From contig NEEC01000072.1 of the NCBI GenBank assembly GCA_002189035.1, positions 30,556 through 94,555 of the forward strand: a DNA stretch of 64,000 nucleotides, read 5' to 3'. A model generated the notes under the pieces. It made no database searches. It was given only the letters and a program-made list of their open reading frames with translations, and was not told the origin of the DNA. Positions within the stretch are counted from its first letter, which is position 1. Each line of letters starts with the position of its first letter. This DNA is from Utricularia gibba. Taxonomy: Eukaryota; Plantae; Magnoliophyta. Of the stretch, positions 1-15,000 are shown piece after piece. The position numbers and the translations under genes were made by a program.

Positions 1-3000
1 ACAGCACCCACCTTAAAACGGCAAGCTGTTGCTTGAAAAACCATTTAGGCAGCCGCTGAATACCCAACGTTGATAAATGCATCACTTATTTTCCGGGCCA
101 CAACTGACTATGGGCCTGAGCCCGACCCGACCTCTGGCCCAATCCTGAAACCCCCCAAGAGCGCTTTCTGAAATATAAAGTAGAGTGTTGAGAAAACCCA
201 TTGGGGTTCTCATGACATCCTAACTACAGCAAATGCGTTACGTTTTTCGTCGAGTGCGACCCGATTGGGCTTAGTAGCCAGACCGAATCTCGGGCCGGAC
301 AAAGCTCCCAACGACAGCACCCGCCTTTAAATGGCAAGCTGTTGCTTGAAAAACCATGTGGGCAGCCGCCGACAACCCAACGTTAATAAATGCATCACTT
401 TTTTGGCCAGGCTACAAATGACTATGGGCCAGAGCGCGACTCGACCATTTGCTCGATACTGGTGCCCGCCTAGAGCGCCTCCTCAAATATAAATCAGGTT
501 GTTGAGAATACCATTTGGGGTGCTCATGACATCCTAACTTCAGCAAATGCATCACGATTTTCATCGAGTAGCACCCGATTGGGCTCAGGAGCCAGACCGA
601 ACCTTGGGCCCTAACAAAGCTGCCAACGACAGCACTCGCCTTAAAACGGCAAGCTATTGCTTGAAAAACCATTTAGGCAGCCGCCGAAAACCCATCGTTG
701 ATAAATGCATCACTTATTTTCCGGGCTACAACTGACTATGGGCCTGAGCCCGACCCGACCTCTGGCCCAATCCCGAAACCCTCCGAGAGCGCCTTCTCAA
801 ATATATAGCAGAGTGTTGAGAAAACCCATTGGGGTTCTCATGACATCCTAACTACATCAAATGCGTTACGATTTTCGTCGAGTGCGACCCGATTGGGCTT
901 AGTAGCCAGACCGAATCTCGGGCCGGACAAAGCTCCCAACGACAGCACCCGCCTTTAAATGGCAAGCTGTTGCTTGAAAAACCATGTGGGCAGCCGCCGA
1001 CAACCCAACGTTAATAAATGCATCACTTCTTTTGCCGGGCTACAGCTGACTATGGGCTCAAGCCCGACCCGAATCCGGCCCGATCTCGGTGACCCACAAA
1101 AGCGCCTTGTCAAGTGTAAAGCATGCTGTTGAAAAAACCATTTGGGGTGGTCATGAGATCCTAACTTCAATAAAGGTATCACGATTTTCGTCGAATGGGA
1201 ACAGATTGTGCTGTGAAGTCAGACCAAACCTTGGGTCCTCACAAAGTTCCCAACAACAGCACCCGCCAAAAAACGACAACTTTTCCTTCAAAAAGCATGT
1301 AGGCAGCCACCGAAAACCCAACGTTAATAAATGCATCACTTCTTTGGCCGGGCTACAAATGACTATGGGCCAGAGCGCGACTCGACCATTTGCTCGATAC
1401 TGGAGCCGCCTAGAGCGCCTCCTCAAATATAAATCAGGTTGTTGAGAAAACCATTTGGGGTTCTCATGACATCCTAACTAAAGCGAATGCATACGATTTC
1501 GTCGAGTACGACCCGATTGGGCTTAGTAGCCAGACCGAATCTCGGGCCCTGACAAAGCTCCCAACTACAGCACCCACCTTAAAACGGCAAGCTGTTGCTT
1601 GAAAAACCATTTAGGCAGCCGCTGAAACCCAACGTTGATAAATGCATCACTTATTTCCGGGCCACAACTGACTATGGGCCTGAGCCCGACCCGACCTCTG
1701 GCCCAATCCTGAAACCCCCAAGAGCGCCTTCTCAAATATAAAGTAGAGTGTTGAGAAAACCCATTGGGGTTCTCATGACATCCTAACTACAGCAAATGCG
1801 TTACGATTTTCGTCGAGTGCGACCCGATTGGGCTTAGTAGCCAGACCGAATCTCGGGCCGGACAAAGCTCCCAACGACAGCACCCGCCTTTAAATGGCAA
1901 GCTGTTGCTTGAAAAACCATGTGGGCAGCCGCCGACAACCCAACGTTAATAAATGCATCACTTCTTTTGCCGGGCTACAGCTGACTATGGGCTCAAGCCC
2001 GACCCGAATCCGGCCCGATCTCGGTGACCCACAAAAGCGCCTTGTCAAGTGTAAAGCATGCTGTTGAAAAAACCATTTGGGGTGGTCATGAGATCCTAAC
2101 TTCAATAAAGGTATCACGATTTTCGTCGAATGGGAACAGATTGTGCTGTGAAGTCAGACCAAACCTTGGGTCCTCACAAAGTTCCCAACAACAGCACCCG
2201 CCAAAAAACGACAACTTTTCCTTCAAAAAGCATGTAGGCAGCCACCGAAAACCCAACGTTAATAAATGCATCACTTCTTTGGCCGGGCTACAAATGACTA
2301 TGGGCCAGAGCGCGACTCGACCATTTGCTCGATACTGGAGCCGCCTAGAGCGCCTCCTCAAATATAAATCAGGTTGTTGAGAAAACCATTTGGGGTTCTC
2401 ATGACATCCTAACTAAAGCGAATGCATACGATTTCGTCGAGTACGACCCGATTGGGCTTAGTAGCCAGACCGAATCTCGGGCCCTGACAAAGCTCCCAAC
2501 TACAGCACCCACCTTAAAACGGCAAGCTGTTGCTTGAAAAACCATTTAGGCAGCCGCTGAAACCCAACGTTGATAAATGCATCACTTATTTTCCGGGCCA
2601 CAACTGACTATGGGCCTGAGCCCGACCCGACCTCTGGCCCAATCCTGAAACCCCCAAGAGCGCCTTCTGAAATATAAAGTAGAGTGTTGAGAAAACCCAT
2701 TGGGGTTCTCATGACATCCTAACTACAAAATGCGTTACGATTTTCGTCGAGTGCGACCCGATTGGGCTTAGTAGCCAGACCGAATCTCGGGCCGGACAAA
2801 GCTCCCAACGACAGCACCCGCCTTTAAATGGCAAGCTGTTGCTTGAAAAACCATGTGGGCAGCCGCCGACAACCCAACGTTAATAAATGCATCACTTTTT
2901 TGGCCAGGCTACAAATGACTATGGGCCAGAGCGCGACTCGACCATTTGCTCGATACTGGTGCCCGCCTAGAGCGCCTCCTCAAATATAAATCAGGTTGTT

Positions 3001-6000
3001 GAGAAAACCATTTGGGGTGCTCATGACATCCTAACTTCAGCAAATGCATCACGATTTTCATCGAGTAGCACCCGATTGGGCTCAGGAGCCAGACCGAACC
3101 TTGGGCCCTAACAAAGCTGCCAACGACAGCACTCGCCTTAAAACGGCAAGCTATTGCTTGAAAAACCATTTAGGCAGCCGCCGAAAACCCATCGTTGATA
3201 AATGCATCACTTATTTTCCGGGCTACAACTGACTATGGCCTGAGCCCGACCCGACCTCTGGCCCAATCCCGAAACCCTCCGAGAGCGCCTTCTCAAATAT
3301 ATAGCAGAGTGTTGAGAAAACCCATTGGGGTTCTCATGACATCCTAACTACATCAAATGCGTTACGATTTTCGTCGAGTGCGACCCGATTGGGCTTAGTA
3401 GCCAGACCGAATCTCGGGCCGGACAAAGCTCCCAACGACAGCACCCGCCTTTAAATGGCAAGCTGTTGCTTGAAAAACCATGTGGGCAGCCGCCGACAAC
3501 CCAACGTTAATAAATGCATCACTTCTTTTGCCGGGCTACAGCTGACTATGGGCTCAAGCCCGACCCGAATCCGGCCCGATCTCGGTGACCCACAAAAGCG
3601 CCTTGTCAAGTGTAAAGCATGCTGTTGAAAAACCATTTGGGGTGGTCATGAGATCCTAACTTCAATAAAGGTATCACGATTTTCGTCGAATGGGAACAGA
3701 TTGTGCTGTGAAGTCAGACCAAACCTTGGGTCCTCACAAAGTTCCCAACAACAGCACCCGCCAAAAAACGACAACTTTTCCTTCAAAAAGCATGTAGGCA
3801 GCCACCGAAAACCCAACGTTAATAAATGCATCACTTCTTTGGCCGGGCTACAAATGACTATGGGCCAGAGCGCGACTCGACCATTTGCTCGATACTGGAG
3901 CCCGCCTAGAGCGCCTCCTCAAATATAAATCAGGTTGTTGAGAAAACCATTTGGGGTTCTCATGACATCCTAACTAAAGCAATGCATACGATTTCGTCGA
4001 GTACGACCCGATTGGGCTTAGTAGCCAGACCGAATCTCGGGCCCTGACAAAGCTCCAACTACAGCACCCACCTTAAAACGGCAAGCTGTTGCTTGAAAAA
4101 CCATTTAGGCAGCCGCCGAAAACCCAACGTTGATAAATGCATCACTTATTTTCCGGGCTACAACTGACTATGGGCCTGAGCCCGACCCGACCTCTGGCCC
4201 AATCCCGAAACCCTCCGAGAGCGCCTTCTCAAATATATAGCAGAGTGTTGAGAAAACCCATTGGGGTTCTCATGACATCCTAACTACATCAAATGCGTTA
4301 CGATTTTCGTCGAGTGCGACCCGATTGGGCTTAGTAGCCAGACCGAATCTCGGGCCGGACAAAGCTCCCAACGACAGCACCCGCCTTTAAATGGCAAGCT
4401 GTTGCTTGAAAAACCATGTGGGCAGCCGCCGACAACCCAACGTTAATAAATGCATCACTTCTTTTGCCGGGCTACAGCTGACTATGGGCTCAAGCCCGAC
4501 CCGAATCCGGCCCGATCTCGGTGACCCACAAAAGCGCCTTGTCAAGTGTAAAGCATGCTGTTGAAAAAACCATTTGGGGTGGTCATGAGATCCTAACTTC
4601 AATAAAGGTATCACGATTTTCGTCGAATGGGAACAGATTGTGCTGTGAAGTCAGACCAAACCTTGGGTCCTCACAAAGTTCCCAACAACAGCACCCGCCA
4701 AAAAACGACAACTTTTCCTTCAAAAAGCATGTAGGCAGCCACCGAAAACCCAACGTTAATAAATGCATCACTTCTTTGGCCGGGCTACAAATGACTATGG
4801 GCCAGAGCGCGACTCGACCATTTGCTCGATACTGGAGCCCGCCTAGAGCGCCTCCTCAAATATAAATCAGGTTGTTGAGAAAACCATTTGGGGTTCTCAT
4901 GACATCCTAACTAAAGCGAATGCATACGATTTCGTCGAGTACGACCCGATTGGGCTTAGTAGCCAGACCGAATCTCGGGCCCTGACAAAGCTCCCAACTA
5001 CAGCACCCACCTTAAAACGGCAAGCTGTTGCTTGAAAAACCATTTAGGCAGCCGCTGAAACCCAACGTTGATAAATGCATCACTTATTTTCCGGGCCACA
5101 ACTGACTATGGGCCTGAGCCCGACCCGACCTCTGGCCCAATCCTGAAACCCCCCAAGAGCGCCTTCTGAAATATAAAGTAGAGTGTTGAGAAAACCCATT
5201 GGGGTTCTCATGACATCCTAACTACAGCAAATGCGTTACGATTTTCGTCGAGTGCGACCCGATTGGGCTTAGTAGCCAGACCGAATCTCGGGCCGGACAA
5301 AGCTCCCAACGACAGCACCCGCCTTTAAATGGCAAGCTGTTGCTTGAAAAACCATGTGGGCAGCCGCCGACAACCCAACGTTAATAAATGCATCACTTTT
5401 TTGGCCAGGCTACAAATGACTATGGGCCAGAGCGCGACTCGACCATTTGCTCGATACTGGTGCCCGCCTAGAGCGCCTCCTCAAATAAAATCAGGTTGTT
5501 GAGAAACCATTTGGGGTGCTCATGACATCCTAACTTCAGCAAATGCATCACGATTTTCATCGAGTAGCACCCGATTGGGCTCAGGAGCCAGACCGAACCT
5601 TGGGCCCTAACAAAGCTGCCAACGACAGCACTCGCCTTAAAACGGCAAGCTATTGCTTGAAAAACCATTTAGGCAGCCGCCGAAAACCCATCGTTGATAA
5701 ATGCATCACTTATTTTCCGGGCTACAACTGACTATTGGCCTGAGCCCGACCCGACCTCTGGCCCAATCCCGAAACCCTCCGAGAGCGCCTTCTCAAATAT
5801 ATAGCAGAGTGTTGAGAAAACCCATTGGGGTTCTCATGACATCCTAACTAAAGCAAATGCATTACGATTTCGTCGAGTACGACCCGATTGGGCTTAGTAG
5901 CCAGACCGAATCTCGGGCCCTGACAAAGCTCCCAACTACAGCACCCACCTTAAAACGGCAAGCTGTTGCTTGAAAAACCATTTAGGCAGCCGCCGAAAAC

Positions 6001-9000
6001 CCATCGTTGATAAATGCATCACTTATTTTCCGGGCTACAACTGACTATTGGCCTGAGCCCGACCCGACCTCTGGCCCAATCCCGAAACCCTCCGAGGGCG
6101 CCTTCTCAAATATATAGCAGAGTGTTGAGAAAACCCATTGGGGTTCTCATGACATCCTAACTACATCAAATGCGTTACGATTTTCGTCGAGTGCGACCCG
6201 ATTGGGCTTAGTAGCCAGACCGAATCTCGGGCCGGACAAAGCTCCCAACGACAGCACCCGCCTTTAAATGGCAAGCTGTTGCTTGAAAAACCATGTGGGC
6301 AGCCGCCGACAACCCAACGTTAATAAATGCATCACTTCTTTTGCCGGGCTACAGCTGACTATGGGCTCAAGCCCGACCCGAATCCGGCCCGATCTCGGTG
6401 ACCCACAAAAGCGCCTTGTCAAGTGTAAAGCATGCTGTTGAAAAAACCATTTGGGGTGGTCATGAGATCCTAACTTCAATAAAGGTATCACGATTTTCGT
6501 CGAATGGGAACAGATTGTGCTGTGAAGTCAGACCAAACCTTGGGTCCTCACAAAGTTCCCAACAACAGCACCCGCCAAAAAACGACAACTTTTCCTTCAA
6601 AAAGCATGTAGGCAGCAACCGAAAACCCAACGTTAATAAATGCATCACTTCTTTGGCCGGGCTACAAATGACTATGGGCTAGAGCGCGACTCGACCATTT
6701 GCTCGATACTGGAGCCCGCCTAGAGCGCCTCCTCAAATATAAATCAGGTTGTTGAGAAAACCATTTGGGGTTCTCATGACATCCTAACTAAAGCGAATGC
6801 ATACGATTTCGTCGAGTACGACCCGATTGGGCTTAGTAGCCAGACCGAATCTCGGGCCCTGACAAAGCTCCCAACTACAGCACCCACCTTAAAACGGCAA
6901 GCTGTTGCTTGAAAAACCATTTAGGCAGCCGCCGAAAACCCAACGTTGATAAATGCATCACTTATTTTCCGGGCCACAACTGACTATGGGCCTGAGCCCG
7001 ACCCGACCTCTGGCCCAATCCCGAAACCCTCCGAGGGCGCCTTCTCAAATATATAGCAGAGTGTTGAGAAAACCCATTGGGGTTCTCATGACATCCTAAC
7101 TACATCAAATGCGTTACGATTTTCGTCGAGTGCGACCCGATTGGGCTTAGTAGCCAGACCGAATCTCGGGCCGGACAAAGCTCCCAACGACAGCACCCGC
7201 CTTTAAATGGCAAGCTGTTGCTTGAAAAACCATGTGGGCAGCCGCCGACAACCCAACGTTAATAAATGCATCACTTCTTTTGCCGGGCTACAGCTGACTA
7301 TGGGCTCAAGCCCGACCCGAATCCGGCCCGATCTCGGTGACCCACAAAAGCGCCTTGTCAAGTGTAAAGCATGCTGTTGAAAAAACCATTTGGGGTGGTC
7401 ATGAGATCCTAACTTCAATAAAGGTATCACGATTTTCGTCGAATGGGAACAGATTGTGCTGTGAAGTCAGACCAAACCTTGGGTCCTCACAAAGTTCCCA
7501 ACAACAGCACCCGCCAAAAAACGACAACTTTTCCTTCAAAAAGCATGTAGGCAGCCACCGAAAACCCAACGTTAATAAATGCATCACTTCTTTGGCCGGG
7601 CTACAAATGACTATGGGCTAGAGCGCGACTCGACCATTTGCTCGATACTGGAGCCCGCCTAGAGCGCCTCCTCAAATATAAATCAGGTTGTTGAGAAAAC
7701 CATTTGGGGTTCTCATGACATCCTAACTAAAGCGAATGCATACGATTTCGTCGAGTACGACCCGATTGGGCTTAGTAGCCAGACCGAATCTCGGGCCCTG
7801 ACAAAGCTCCCAACTACAGCACCCACCTTAAAACGGCAAGCTGTTGCTTGAAAAACCATTTAGGCAGCCGCTGAATACCCAACGTTGATAAATGCATCAC
7901 TTATTTTCCGGGCCACAACTGACTATGGGCCTGAGCCCGACCCGACCTCTGGCCCAATCCTGAAACCCCCCAAGAGCGCTTTCTGAAATATAAAGTAGAG
8001 TGTTGAGAAAACCCATTGGGGTTCTCATGACATCCTAACTACAGCAAATGCGTTACGTTTTTCGTCGAGTGCGACCCGATTGGGCTTAGTAGCCAGACCG
8101 AATCTCGGGCCGGACAAAGCTCCCAACGACAGCACCCGCCTTTAAATGGCAAGCTGTTGCTTGAAAAACCATGTGGGCAGCCGCCGACAACCCAACGTTA
8201 ATAAATGCATCACTTTTTTGGCCAGGCTACAAATGACTATGGGCCAGAGCGCGACTCGACCATTTGCTCGATACTGGTGCCCGCTAGAGCGCCTCCTCAA
8301 ATATAAATCAGGTTGTTGAGAATACCATTTGGGGTGCTCATGACATCCTAACTTCAGCAAATGCATCACGATTTTCATCGAGTAGCACCCGATTGGGCTC
8401 AGGAGCCAGACCGAACCTTGGGCCCTAACAAAGCTGCCAACGACAGCACTCGCCTTAAAACGGCAAGCTATTGCTTGAAAAACCATTTAGGCAGCCGCCG
8501 AAAACCCATCGTTGATAAATGCATCACTTATTTTCCGGGCTACAACTGACTATGGGCCTGAGCCCGACCCGACCTCTGGCCCAATCCCGAAACCCTCCGA
8601 GAGCGCCTTCTCAAATATATAGCAGAGTGTTGAGAAAACCCATTGGGGTTCTCATGACATCCTAACTACATCAAATGCGTTACGATTTTCGTCGAGTGCG
8701 ACCCGATTGGGCTTAGTAGCCAGACCGAATCTCGGGCCGGACAAAGCTCCCAACGACAGCACCCGCCTTTAAATGGCAAGCTGTTGCTTGAAAAACCATG
8801 TGGGCAGCCGCCGACAACCCAACGTTAATAAATGCATCACTTCTTTTGCCGGGCTACAGCTGACTATGGGCTCAAGCCCGACCCGAATCCGGCCCGATCT
8901 CGGTGACCCACAAAAGCGCCTTGTCAAGTGTAAAGCATGCTGTTGAAAAAACCATTTGGGGTGGTCATGAGATCCTAACTTCAATAAAGGTATCACGATT

Positions 9001-12000
9001 TTCGTCGAATGGGAACAGATTGTGCTGTGAAGTCAGACCAAACCTTGGGTCCTCACAAAGTTCCCAACAACAGCACCCGCCAAAAAACGACAACTTTTCC
9101 TTCAAAAAGCATGTAGGCAGCCACCGAAAACCCAACGTTAATAAATGCATCACTTCTTTGGCCGGGCTACAAATGACTATGGGCCAGAGCGCGACTCGAC
9201 CATTTGCTCGATACTGGAGCCGCCTAGAGCGCCTCCTCAAATATAAATCAGGTTGTTGAGAAAACCATTTGGGGTTCTCATGACATCCTAACTAAAGCGA
9301 ATGCATACGATTTCGTCGAGTACGACCCGATTGGGCTTAGTAGCCAGACCGAATCTCGGGCCCTGACAAAGCTCCCAACTACAGCACCCACCTTAAAACG
9401 GCAAGCTGTTGCTTGAAAAACCATTTAGGCAGCCGCTGAATACCCAACGTTGATAAATGCATCACTTATTTCCGGGCCACAACTGACTATGGGCCTGAGC
9501 CCGACCCGACCTCTGGCCCAATCCTGAAACCCCCCAAGAGCGCCTTCTGAAATATAAAGTAGAGTGTTGAGAAAACCCATTGGGGTTCTCATGACATCCT
9601 AACTACAGCAAATGCGTTACGATTTTCGTCGAGTGCGACCCGATTGGGCTTAGTAGCCAGACCGAATCTCGGGCCGGACAAAGCTCCCAACGACAGCACC
9701 CGCCTTTAAATGGCAAGCTGTTGCTTGAAAAACCATGTGGGCAGCCGCCGACAACCCAACGTTAATAAATGCATCACTTTTTTTGGCCAGGCTACAAATG
9801 ACTATGGGCCAGAGCGCGACTCGACCATTTGCTCGATACTGGTGCCCGCCTAGAGCGCCTCCTCAAATACAAATCAGGTTGTTGAGAAACCATTTGGGGT
9901 GCTCATGACATCCTAACTTCAGCAAATGCATCACGATTTTCATCGAGTAGCACCCGATTGGGCTCAGGAGCCAGACCGAACCTTGGGCCCTAACAAAGCT
10001 GCCAACGACAGCACTCGCCTTAAAACGGCAAGCTATTGCTTGAAAAACCATTTAGGCAGCCGCCGAAAACCCATCGTTGATAAATGCATCACTTATTTTC
10101 CGGGCTACAACTGACTATGGCCTGAGCCCGACCCGACCTCTGGCCCAATCCCGAAACCCTCCGAGAGCGCCTTCTCAAATATAGCAGAGTGTTGAGAAAA
10201 CCATTGGGGTTCTCATGACATCCTAACTAAAGCAAATGCATTACGATTTCGTCGAGTACGACCCGATTGGGTTTAGTAGCCAGACCGAATCTCGGGCCCT
10301 GACAAAGCTCCCAACTACAGCACCCACCTTAAAACGGCAAGCTGTTGCTTGAAAAACCATTTAGGCAGCCGCCGAAAACCCATCGTTGATAAATGCATCA
10401 CTTATTTTCCGGGCTACAACTGACTATTGGCCTGAGCCCGACCCGACCTCTGGCCCAATCCCGAAACCCTCCGAGGGCGCCTTCTCAAATATATAGCAGA
10501 GTGTTGAGAAAACCCATTGGGTTCTCATGACATCCTAACTACATCAAATGCGTTACGATTTTCGTCGAGTGCGACCCGATTGGGCTTAGTAGCCAGACCG
10601 AATCTCGGGCCGGACAAAGCTCCCAACGACAGCACCCGCCTTTAAATGGCAAGCTGTTGCTTGAAAAACCATGTGGGCAGCCGCCGACAACCCAACGTTA
10701 ATAAATGCATCACTTCTTTTGCCGGGCTACAGCTGACTATGGGCTCAAGCCCGACCCGAATCCGGCCCGATCTCGGTGACCCACAAAAGCGCCTTGTCAA
10801 GTGTAAAGCATGCTGTTGAAAAAACCATTTGGGGTGGTCATGAGATCCTAACTTCAATAAAGGTATCACGATTTTCGTCGAATGGGAACAGATTGTGCTG
10901 TGAAGTCAGACCAAACCTTGGGTCCTCACAAAGTTCCCAACAACAGCACCCGCCAAAAAACGACAACTTTTCCTTCAAAAAGCATGTAGGCAGCCACCGA
11001 AAACCCAACGTTAATAAATGCATCACTTCTTTGGCCGGGCTACAAATGACTATGGGCCAGAGCGCGACTCGACCATTTGCTCGATACTGGAGCCGCCTAG
11101 AGCGCCTCCTCAAATATAAATCAGGTTGTTGAGAAAACCATTTGGGGTTCTCATGACATCCTAACTAAAGCGAATGCATACGATTTCGTCGAGTACGACC
11201 CGATTGGGCTTAGTAGCCAGACCGAATCTCGGGCCCTGACAAAGCTCCCAACTACAGCACCCACCTTAAAACGGCAAGCTGTTGCTTGAAAAACCATTTA
11301 GGCAGCCGCCGAAACCCAACGTTGATAAATGCATCACTTATTTTCCGGGCCACAACTGACTATGGGCCTGAGCCCGACCCGACCTCTGGCCCAATCCCGA
11401 AACCCCCAAGAGCGCCTTCTCAAATATAAAGTAGAGTGTTGAGAAAACCATTGGGGTTCTCATGACATCCTAACTACAACAAATGCATTACGATTTTCGT
11501 CGAGTGCGACCCGATTGGGCTTAGTAGCCAGACCGAATCTCGGGCCGGACAAAGCTCCCAACGACAGCACCCGCCTTAAATGGCAAGCTGTTGCTTGAAA
11601 AACCATGTGGGCAGCCGCCGACAACCCAACGTTAATAAATGCATCACTTTTTTCCGGGCTACAGCTGACTATGGGCTCAAGCCCGACCCGAATCCGGCCG
11701 ATCTCGGTGACCCACAAAAGCGCCTTGTCAAGTGTAAAGCATGCTGTTGAAAAAACTTTGGGGTGGTCATGAGATCCTAACTTCAATAAAGGTATCACGA
11801 TTTTCGTCGAATGGGAACAGATTGTGCTGTGAAGTCAGACCAACTTGGGTCCTCACAAGTTCCCAACAACAGCACCCGCCAAAAAACGACAACTTTTCCT
11901 TCAAAAAGCATGTAGGCAGCCACCGAAAACCAACGTTAATAAATGCATCACTTTTTTGGCCGGGCTACAAATGACTATGGGCCAGAGCGCGACTCGACCA

Positions 12001-15000
12001 TTTGCTCGATACTGTGCCCGCCTAGAGCGCCTCTCAAATATAAATCAAATATAAATCAGGTTGTTGAGAAAACCATTTGGGTGCTCATGACATCCTAACT
12101 TCAAAAAATGCATCACGATTTTCATCGAGTAGCACCCGATTGGGCTCAGGAGCCAGACCGAACCTTGGGCCCTACAAAGCTGCCAACGACAGCACCGCCT
12201 TAAAACGGCAAGCTATTGCTTGAAAAACCATTTAGGCAGCCGCCGAAAACCCAACGTTGATAAATGCATCACTTATTTTCCGGGCTACAACTGACTATGG
12301 CCTGAGCCCGACCCGACCTCTGGCCCAATCCCGAAACCCCCAAGAGCGCCTTCTGAAATATAAAGTAGAGTGTTGAGAAAACCCATTGGGGTTCTCATGA
12401 CATCCTAACTAAAGCAAATGCATTACGATTTCGTCGAGTACGACCCGATTGGGCTTAGTAGCCAGACCGAATCTCGGGCCCTGACAAAGCTCCCAACTAC
12501 AGCACCCACCTTAAAACGGCAAGCTGTTGCTTGAAAAACCATTTAGGCAGCCGCCGAAAACCCAACGTTGATAAATGCATCACTTTTTTCCGGGCCACAA
12601 CTGACTATGGCCTGAGCCCGACCCGACCTCTGGCCCAATCCTGAAACCCCCCAAGAGCGCCTTCTGAAATATAAAGTAGAGTGTTGAGAAAACCCATTGG
12701 GGTTCTCATGACATCCTAACTACAGCAAATGCGTTACGATTTTCGTCGAGTGCGACCCGATTGGGCTTAGTAGCCAGACCGAATCTCGGGCCGGACAAAG
12801 CTCCCAACGACAGCACCCGCCTTTAAATGGCAAGCTGTTGCTTGAAAAACCATGTGGGCAGCCGCCGACAACCCAACGTTAATAAATGCATCACTTTTTT
12901 GGCCAGGCTACAAATGACTATGGGCCAGAGCGCGACTCGACCATTTGCTCGATACTGGTGCCCGCCTAGAGCGCCTCCTCAAATATAAATCAGGTTGTTG
13001 AGAAAACCATTTGGGGTGCTCATGACATCCTAACTTCAGCAAATGCATCACGATTTTCATCGAGTAGCACCCGATTGGGCTCAGGAGCCAGACCGAACCT
13101 TGGGCCCTAACAAAGCTGCCAACGACAGCACTCGCCTTAAAACGGCAAGCTATTGCTTGAAAAACCATTTAGGCAGCCGCCGAAAACCCATCGTTGATAA
13201 ATGCATCACTTATTTTCCGGGCTACAACTGACTATTGGCCTGAGCCCGACCCGACCTCTGGCCCAATCCCGAAACCCTCCGAGAGCGCCTTCTCAAATAT
13301 ATAGCAGAGTGTTGAGAAAACCCATTGGGGTTCTCATGACATCCTAACTAAAGCAAATGCATTACGATTTCGTCGAGTACGACCCGATTGGGCTTAGTAG
13401 CCAGACCGAATCTCGGGCCCTGACAAAGCTCCCAACTACAGCACCCACCTTAAAACGGCAAGCTGTTGCTTGAAAAACCATTTAGGCAGCCGCCGAAAAC
13501 CCATCGTTGATAAATGCATCACTTATTTTCCGGGCTACAACTGACTATTGGCCTGAGCCCGACCCGACCTCTGGCCCAATCCCGAAACCCCCGAGGGCGC
13601 CTTCTCAAATATATAGCAGAGTGTTGAGAAAACCCATTGGGGTTCTCATGACATCCTAACTACATCAAATGCGTTACGATTTTCGTCGAGTGCGACCCGA
13701 TTGGGCTTAGTAGCCAGACCGAATCTCGGGCCGGACAAAGCTCCCAACGACAGCACCCGCCTTTAAATGGCAAGCTGTTGCTTGAAAAACCATGTGGGCA
13801 GCCGCCGACAACCCAACGTTAATAAATGCATCACTTCTTTTGCCGGGCTACAGCTGACTATGGGCTCAAGCCCGACCCGAATCCGGCCCGATCTCGGTGA
13901 CCCACAAAAGCGCCTTGTCAAGTGTAAAGCATGCTGTTGAAAAAACCATTTGGGGTGGTCATGAGATCCTAACTTCAATAAAGGTATCACGATTTTCGTC
14001 GAATGGGACAGATTGTGCTGTGAAGTCAGACCAAACCTTGGGTCCTCACAAAGTTCCCAACAACAGCACCCGCCAAAAAACGACAACTTTTCCTTCAAAA
14101 AGCATGTAGGCAGCCACCGAAAACCCAACGTTAATAAATGCATCACTTCTTTGGCCGGGCTACAAATGACTATGGGCCAGAGCGCGACTCGACCATTTGC
14201 TCGATACTCCCGCCTAGAGCGCCTCCTCAAATATAAATCAGGTTGTTGAGAAAACCATTTGGGGTTCTCATGACATCCTAACTAAAGCGAATGCATACGA
14301 TTTCGTCGAGTACGACCCGATTGGGCTTAGTAGCCAGACCGAATCTCGGGCCCTGACAAAGCTCCCAACTACAGCACCCACCTTAAAACGGCAAGCTGTT
14401 GCTTGAAAAACCATTTAGGCAGCCGCGAAACCCAACGTTGATAAATGCATCACTTATTTTCCGGGCCACAACTGACTATGGGCCTGAGCCCGACCCGACC
14501 TCTGGCCCAATCCTGAAACCCCCCAAGAGCGCTTCTGAATATAAAGTAGAGTGTTGAGAAAACCCATTGGGGTTCTCATGACATCCTAACTACAGCAAAT
14601 GCGTTACGATTTTCGTCGAGTGCGACCCGATTGGGCTTAGTAGCCAGACCGAATCTCGGGCCGGACAAAGCTCCCAACGACAGCACCCGCCTTTAAATGG
14701 CAAGCTGTTGCTTGAAAAACCATGGGCAGCCGCCGACAACCCAACGTTAATAAATGCATCACTTTTTTGGCCAGGCTACAAATGACTATGGGCCAGAGCG
14801 CGACTCGACCATTTGCTCGATACTGGTGCCCGCCTAGAGCGCCTCCTCAAATATAAATCAGGTTGTTGAGAAACCATCATGACATCCTAACTTCAGCAAA
14901 TGCATCACGATTTTCATCGAGTAGCACCCGATTGGGCTCAGGAGCCAGACCGAACCTTGGGCCCTAACAAAGCTGCCAACGACAGCACTCGCTTAAAACG

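Noticed and set aside
1186-1200. CENP-B-box-like motif TTTCGTCGAATGGGA in D monomers
   Set aside because: It does not fit the TTCG-N4-A-N2-CGGG spacing (2 nt short, no CGGG), and plants have no established CENP-B box system.
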